Below are positions 59,600-64,000 of a DNA stretch of 64,000 nucleotides, in pieces. The notes under the pieces are model-generated. The model did no database searches. It saw only the letters and a list, made by a program, of their open reading frames with translations, and had not been told where the DNA came from. This stretch comes from Monocercomonoides exilis PA203 (taxonomy: Eukaryota > Protista > Preaxostyla): NCBI GenBank assembly GCA_001643675.2, contig LSRY02000009.1, forward strand, positions 1,550,001-1,614,000, written 5' to 3'. A program made the translations under genes and the position numbers. How positions within the stretch are numbered: the first letter of the stretch is position 1; every line of letters begins with the position of its first letter.

Positions 59600-62500
59600 A
59601 TTCATTTCGCTCATTTTCTTTTCTTTCTTCTCCTCTCAGTCAGCTCTCTCTTCCTCAAGCACACCTTCATCTCCAGGATCAATTTTTCCAACCTCAGCAT
59701 AATCCACCTAAACTCCCTAACAAACACCTTCTCCTTCAACTCCTTTTAAAGTTCCAACAGTTCCATGAGCAGCGTCATCTTGGAATACAGAAACCAACAA
59801 ATTTCCCCAGGTGAATGTTTTCTTGATGTAAATATCAGCAGGTTCCATATGATTGAAGAGGTAAATGAAGGAAGAGGAAGAGGAAGAGGAAGAGGAAGAG
59901 GAAGAGGAAGAGGAAGAGGAAGAGGAAGAGGAAGAGGAAGAGGAAGAGGAAGAGGAAGAGGAAGAGGAAGAGGAAGAGGAAGAGGAAGAGGAAGAGGAAG
60001 AGGAAGAGGAAGAGGAAGAGGAAGAGGAAGAGGAAGAAGAGGAGGAGGAGAAAAAGGAAAAAGTGTATTTTTACGATTGACATGATATAAATATAATATG
60101 TTATTCAATTAGCTGCATATGACAAAAAGATAGGCCAATGAAAATGCAGGGGGAGAGTGGAACAGAGGCAGATTCTTCAATTTTTGAGATGACAGAAACA
60201 CAGTCTAACTCAAATTTCTCACCAAATGTTCCGATCAATCAGATTTTGGATTCATCTTCACTCGTATCTTTCGGAATATTTGTATTGAACAAAGGAAAAT
60301 TCAAGTTATTCTCGAACTTTGAGAGATGCTCTTCTTCCTCTTCCTCTTCATTTTTCATTCTTTTTCCTTTTCCAACTGGATCATGGTGCCTGTCGGCTTC
60401 ACCATTCAGTAGGAGAAGCAGCATAGAGAAAATTGTTACAAGCGCTGAAAAGCCATTGCCATCTTCAACTTCATCAACAGCGCCTGCGATTGACACTTCG
60501 GATTCATCGGTCTTGGCAGCATCATACGCATCTGCAGCAGGAATGGATAGTTTAGAAAGGCGACTGAGGTGAATTCGAGTTGCTTGCCGCTTTCGTTGCT
60601 TCTGCTGTAGTAACGTGCATATGTTGTGGAATTTCTCAACATGTTGTTTGGGATTGTTTTGCGAGTCCGCCTTGCGGCTCCACCTGATGATGCTTTCTGT
60701 ATTGCATGTGGAGCAGATTCTTTCGTTTACTGCTTCGACGGGAATGAAATCGGAGACCAAATATCTTTTTTGCAGTGGATGTGAATGCTTTCTTGAAGGT
60801 TTCAATCTGTTTGTCCCTTCGCTGCTTCTATCTGCGATAGTGTTGATGGAGATTTTTTCACCGCAGCCGATTCGTATAATATCGAAGATAGGCAATGAGA
60901 TGATGGGGCGAGGGATGGCAGCACGTTATTAGAGGAAGAAGCAAGGGAGAAGGCGATGTGGAAGTGGGGGTTGATGACATAGGAAGTGGTTCTGTAACCA
61001 TCAGCGATTGCACCTGAAGTTCTTGAGGAGCGAGAAGAGGGAGAAGAAAATAAGGAGGAGAAGATGATGAGAAGGAGGTTGAAGAAGAAAAAGAACTGAG
61101 AAATAAGAAGAAGAGGAAGAAATGAAGGAGATGAGTCGGAAAATGAAAATACTGAGAAAGTGAATGGTGATTCAAAAATCTGCTGCTGAATCCTTCTTCG
61201 ATTTTTGATTTCTGGTAGAAAATCTGAACAAAAAGTGGTTTGAATCGTCACAGGCTTTTTCTTCTTTTTTGTTGATTTCCATTTTTTTTTGCTCCTCTTT
61301 CTTTCTGAGCCTTTCTAATGTCTTTGTCAAATCCATCTTCTTCTTCCTCTTCTTCCTCCTCCTCTTCTTCTTCATTTTTCTCATTATCTATGCATTTTCC
61401 TGTCAGATACAACGATCCCTTTTCATCTTTATCACTCACAAACTCATTTGCATCCCTCTTCTCATCCTTCTTCTCTCCCTTCCCTTCCTTCTCCCCACCC
61501 ACACGAATCCCCTGGCTAGCTACAAATGCAGCATTGTTCAGAAGGATGCTCTGTGGCTCAAACACATCCCTCGTCGCTGACACGCTGCTGCTTGCAAACA
61601 CACCGGCATTGCTCAATCTGCTCTTCCCGAGAATCGCACGAGGGATCGGCACAGTCACAAGCGGTGGAAGCGAGGAGGAAGAAATAGATGATGGAGAAGA
61701 AGATAGACAGGAAGAAGAAGGAAAAGGAGAAGACATGTTTGACAAAGTGGAAGTGCTTGGGGTGAACGTGCAGAAGGACTTTTGTATATGGATGAAGAGG
61801 AATCTGTGGCTGGAGATGATGGAATGAGTGGCTTTGGAGGAGTTCCAACAAGCAGAGAAGTGGCAGATAATTGGGTGTAAGGCAAGAGAGAAAAAGGAGG
61901 AGTTACAAATGTTGTGGAGGCTGTGATGTTTTGAGTGTGCAGCTTGGCAGATGAGAGTGCGCTGTCGAACAAGCAGAATGTCTGCTGCAATTCGTCGTCA
62001 TCATCATCCCTCCACTCTTCTCTCTGCCTTCTTTCTGTTGTGCCTGTGCAAGCCTTGGTCGAAAGCGTCAACTTGAAATGTGCAAAACTCGTCTTTCTCT
62101 TTCGTCCTCTTCTTTGTCTTTGGCTCTTCATACTGCTTCCCTTTCATCTGCACAGCATTCATCTTGCAACTGAACTACGCTTTCTTTGCCTCTTCCATTT
62201 GAACTTGTACTCCTCTCTCTTCGCTTCTTAACGGTATCACAAAGCAAGCAGATGAACGCAATGTGCCTTGAAGCTCCTTCCCTCTTCCACTGCTATTTCT
62301 CATTCGGCACAGCCTGCGCACAGAAGCCGTTCCAAGTGCTGAAGCAGAGCAGAATGCGCCTATGGGGAAGAGGAAAACAGTTCAAATGCACAAACAGCGA
62401 AGCTGCAGAATGCATTGATGGTGATGAAAATACTGATCAGAGCAGGAAAACTGAATGAATTGATTTTTGGCTCGCCCGGCAGCTCTGAAGAATTGAATAG
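59600..62500 (-). pseudogene. Fragmented gene of unknown function (GYRTT family)
   Basis: Minus-strand fragments 61655-62131, 61248-61745, 60802-61251, 60239-60895 and 59746-60108 in changing frames; paralog at 35.3 kb. Confidence 0.45.
59868..60037. repeat. (GAAGAG)n microsatellite
   Basis: Pure hexamer array of about 170 bp. Confidence 0.95.
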
Positions 62501-64000
62501 TTAAAATATATTTGCTGATCTATTCTTTGATTCAACTCGAAATGTGTGGAATATTACTAAGATGAAGCAGAAGTTGAGAGGAGAAGGAAGAAGAAGAAGA
62601 AGAAGTCAGGGACGAAGAAGATGGTGAAAATGAATATTTATAATGATTAACAAATCAATAAATAATGTAAAAAAATTCCAAGGAAGAAGAAGGGAGGTTC
62701 CATGTAATGTTTTTTACCGAATGAAATATCTCATTTAACAAGTTTATTTCACAACGAAATTAAAAAACCCAAATTGCAAATATTTTGGCTGATATTTTGA
62801 AATTAATCAATAAATCTGCATTTCTTCAAAGTAATTTGCCTTCTTTTTGCAATTTCCTCTCCTTTCTCTTCAAAAATTGAAAATGATGATATCTCATAAT
62901 TTCCTTTCCTTTCTATTTTTCCTCTTCCATTCAGCTCACAAAATCATCAGAAAATATCAACCCCCTCCTTTTCTTCATCTTTCCCTGTCTCTTCCAAAAT
63001 ATCTACTCCTCTCATAAAAGTTACCCCCTTTTCATATAAACACTTCAGAATACTCTTTTTCTTTCCTGCTTTTGCCCTCTTTTCCTTTTTTCAAAATCCA
63101 TTTCACCCATCAACAATGAACACATCCCTCTCCATCCTCAGCCACTTCTCAACACATTTTCTACATTATCTTCCATAAATCTCCACCCACTCTTCCCCAC
63201 CCCTTTGTCTCGGATTTTATTTCATACAAAAGCCCCTCTTGAAACATTAGCATTCAAAAACATACTCAACTCCTACCCCCTGCCACAAATAATTCTCTTC
63301 CATCACTTGTATGCACCATATTTCTCATATGCCTGGTGTTGATGAGATAAACATCAAATCCGACTTTGAATTCTTGAGAATATTATTAAAGGAGAAGATC
63401 ATTCCAAAAACAGAAAAAACACCTCTGAACATCCATCACAACGTGAACAGCCTGAAAAGACCCTCCAGAAAAATGCACGATGTATTTTGTGGAGATGTAT
63501 TCCTTATTGTGTTCAACCATTCTGAGACTGAAATGAAGAGATTGATTTATTTTCAATGATGATGGCTGTTGAAATGAGTGCGTTTGGCAAAATACAGTCG
63601 AAGGGTAGTTTGGTCTTTATTTATTTTCCTTTTTATAAATATTCGCCTTTTGATGTAATTTGTGTAGTTTTCATGGCGGCAGGCCCAAATTAATGAAAAT
63701 GAATGAGAGCGGAATATCTCGTTGTGCAGGGTGACCACCGAGTTGAGCCAGCAAACTCATACAAAAAGTGCCTTGGGTGAAGGGATTGGGAAGGGAATTG
63801 GAGATGATATTTTTGGAATAAGAAGTTTTAAAATGATGAGTGTGGAAATGAGTAAAATACATAAATTTTACATTATTCAGAAGAGAAAGATAACGAAACA
63901 GTTGAAAGAGAAGCGAACGTTGGTGAATCAACAATGAAAATTATTTATTGTCAAAAATTGATGATTTTTTCTATTATTTGTTGATTTCAACTTATCTTAT

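Noticed and set aside
59746-60108. RG-, PL- or poly-E repeat proteins
   Set aside because: Translations of a (GAAGAG)n microsatellite.
62600-64000. Short ORFs at the window end
   Set aside because: No recognisable motifs; cannot be supported.

Overview
AT-rich eukaryotic DNA with short GT-AG introns and the standard genetic code (RPS4 and RPL13 end in TAA). The gene families and low-complexity style resemble an oxymonad such as Monocercomonoides (inference). The left half (1-33.4 kb) holds the 3' end of a pogo/DDE_1-type DNA transposon, disabled copies of a lineage-specific multicopy gene, a GT25 glycosyltransferase, two giant single-pass membrane proteins with GGAI/FxxN beta-helix repeats, and a compact block of spliced genes (RPS4, RPL13, an unknown gene, DNAJC9-like). 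The right half is dominated by a nested mobile-element stack whose boundaries can be read from the sequence. An outer TIR pair (34150-59096, GGG...CCC ends, direct AAAT flanks) encloses: a small MITE; an 8.7 kb hAT-like element with an 8-bp TSD inserted into that MITE; an apparently intact DIRS1-like tyrosine-recombinase retrotransposon (gag, RT/RNaseH/methyltransferase, YR, ITRs and ICR) inside the hAT-like element; a 4.3 kb unit with ~345-366 bp inverted repeats; decayed host-like genes; and a spliced Sola-like DDD transposase.
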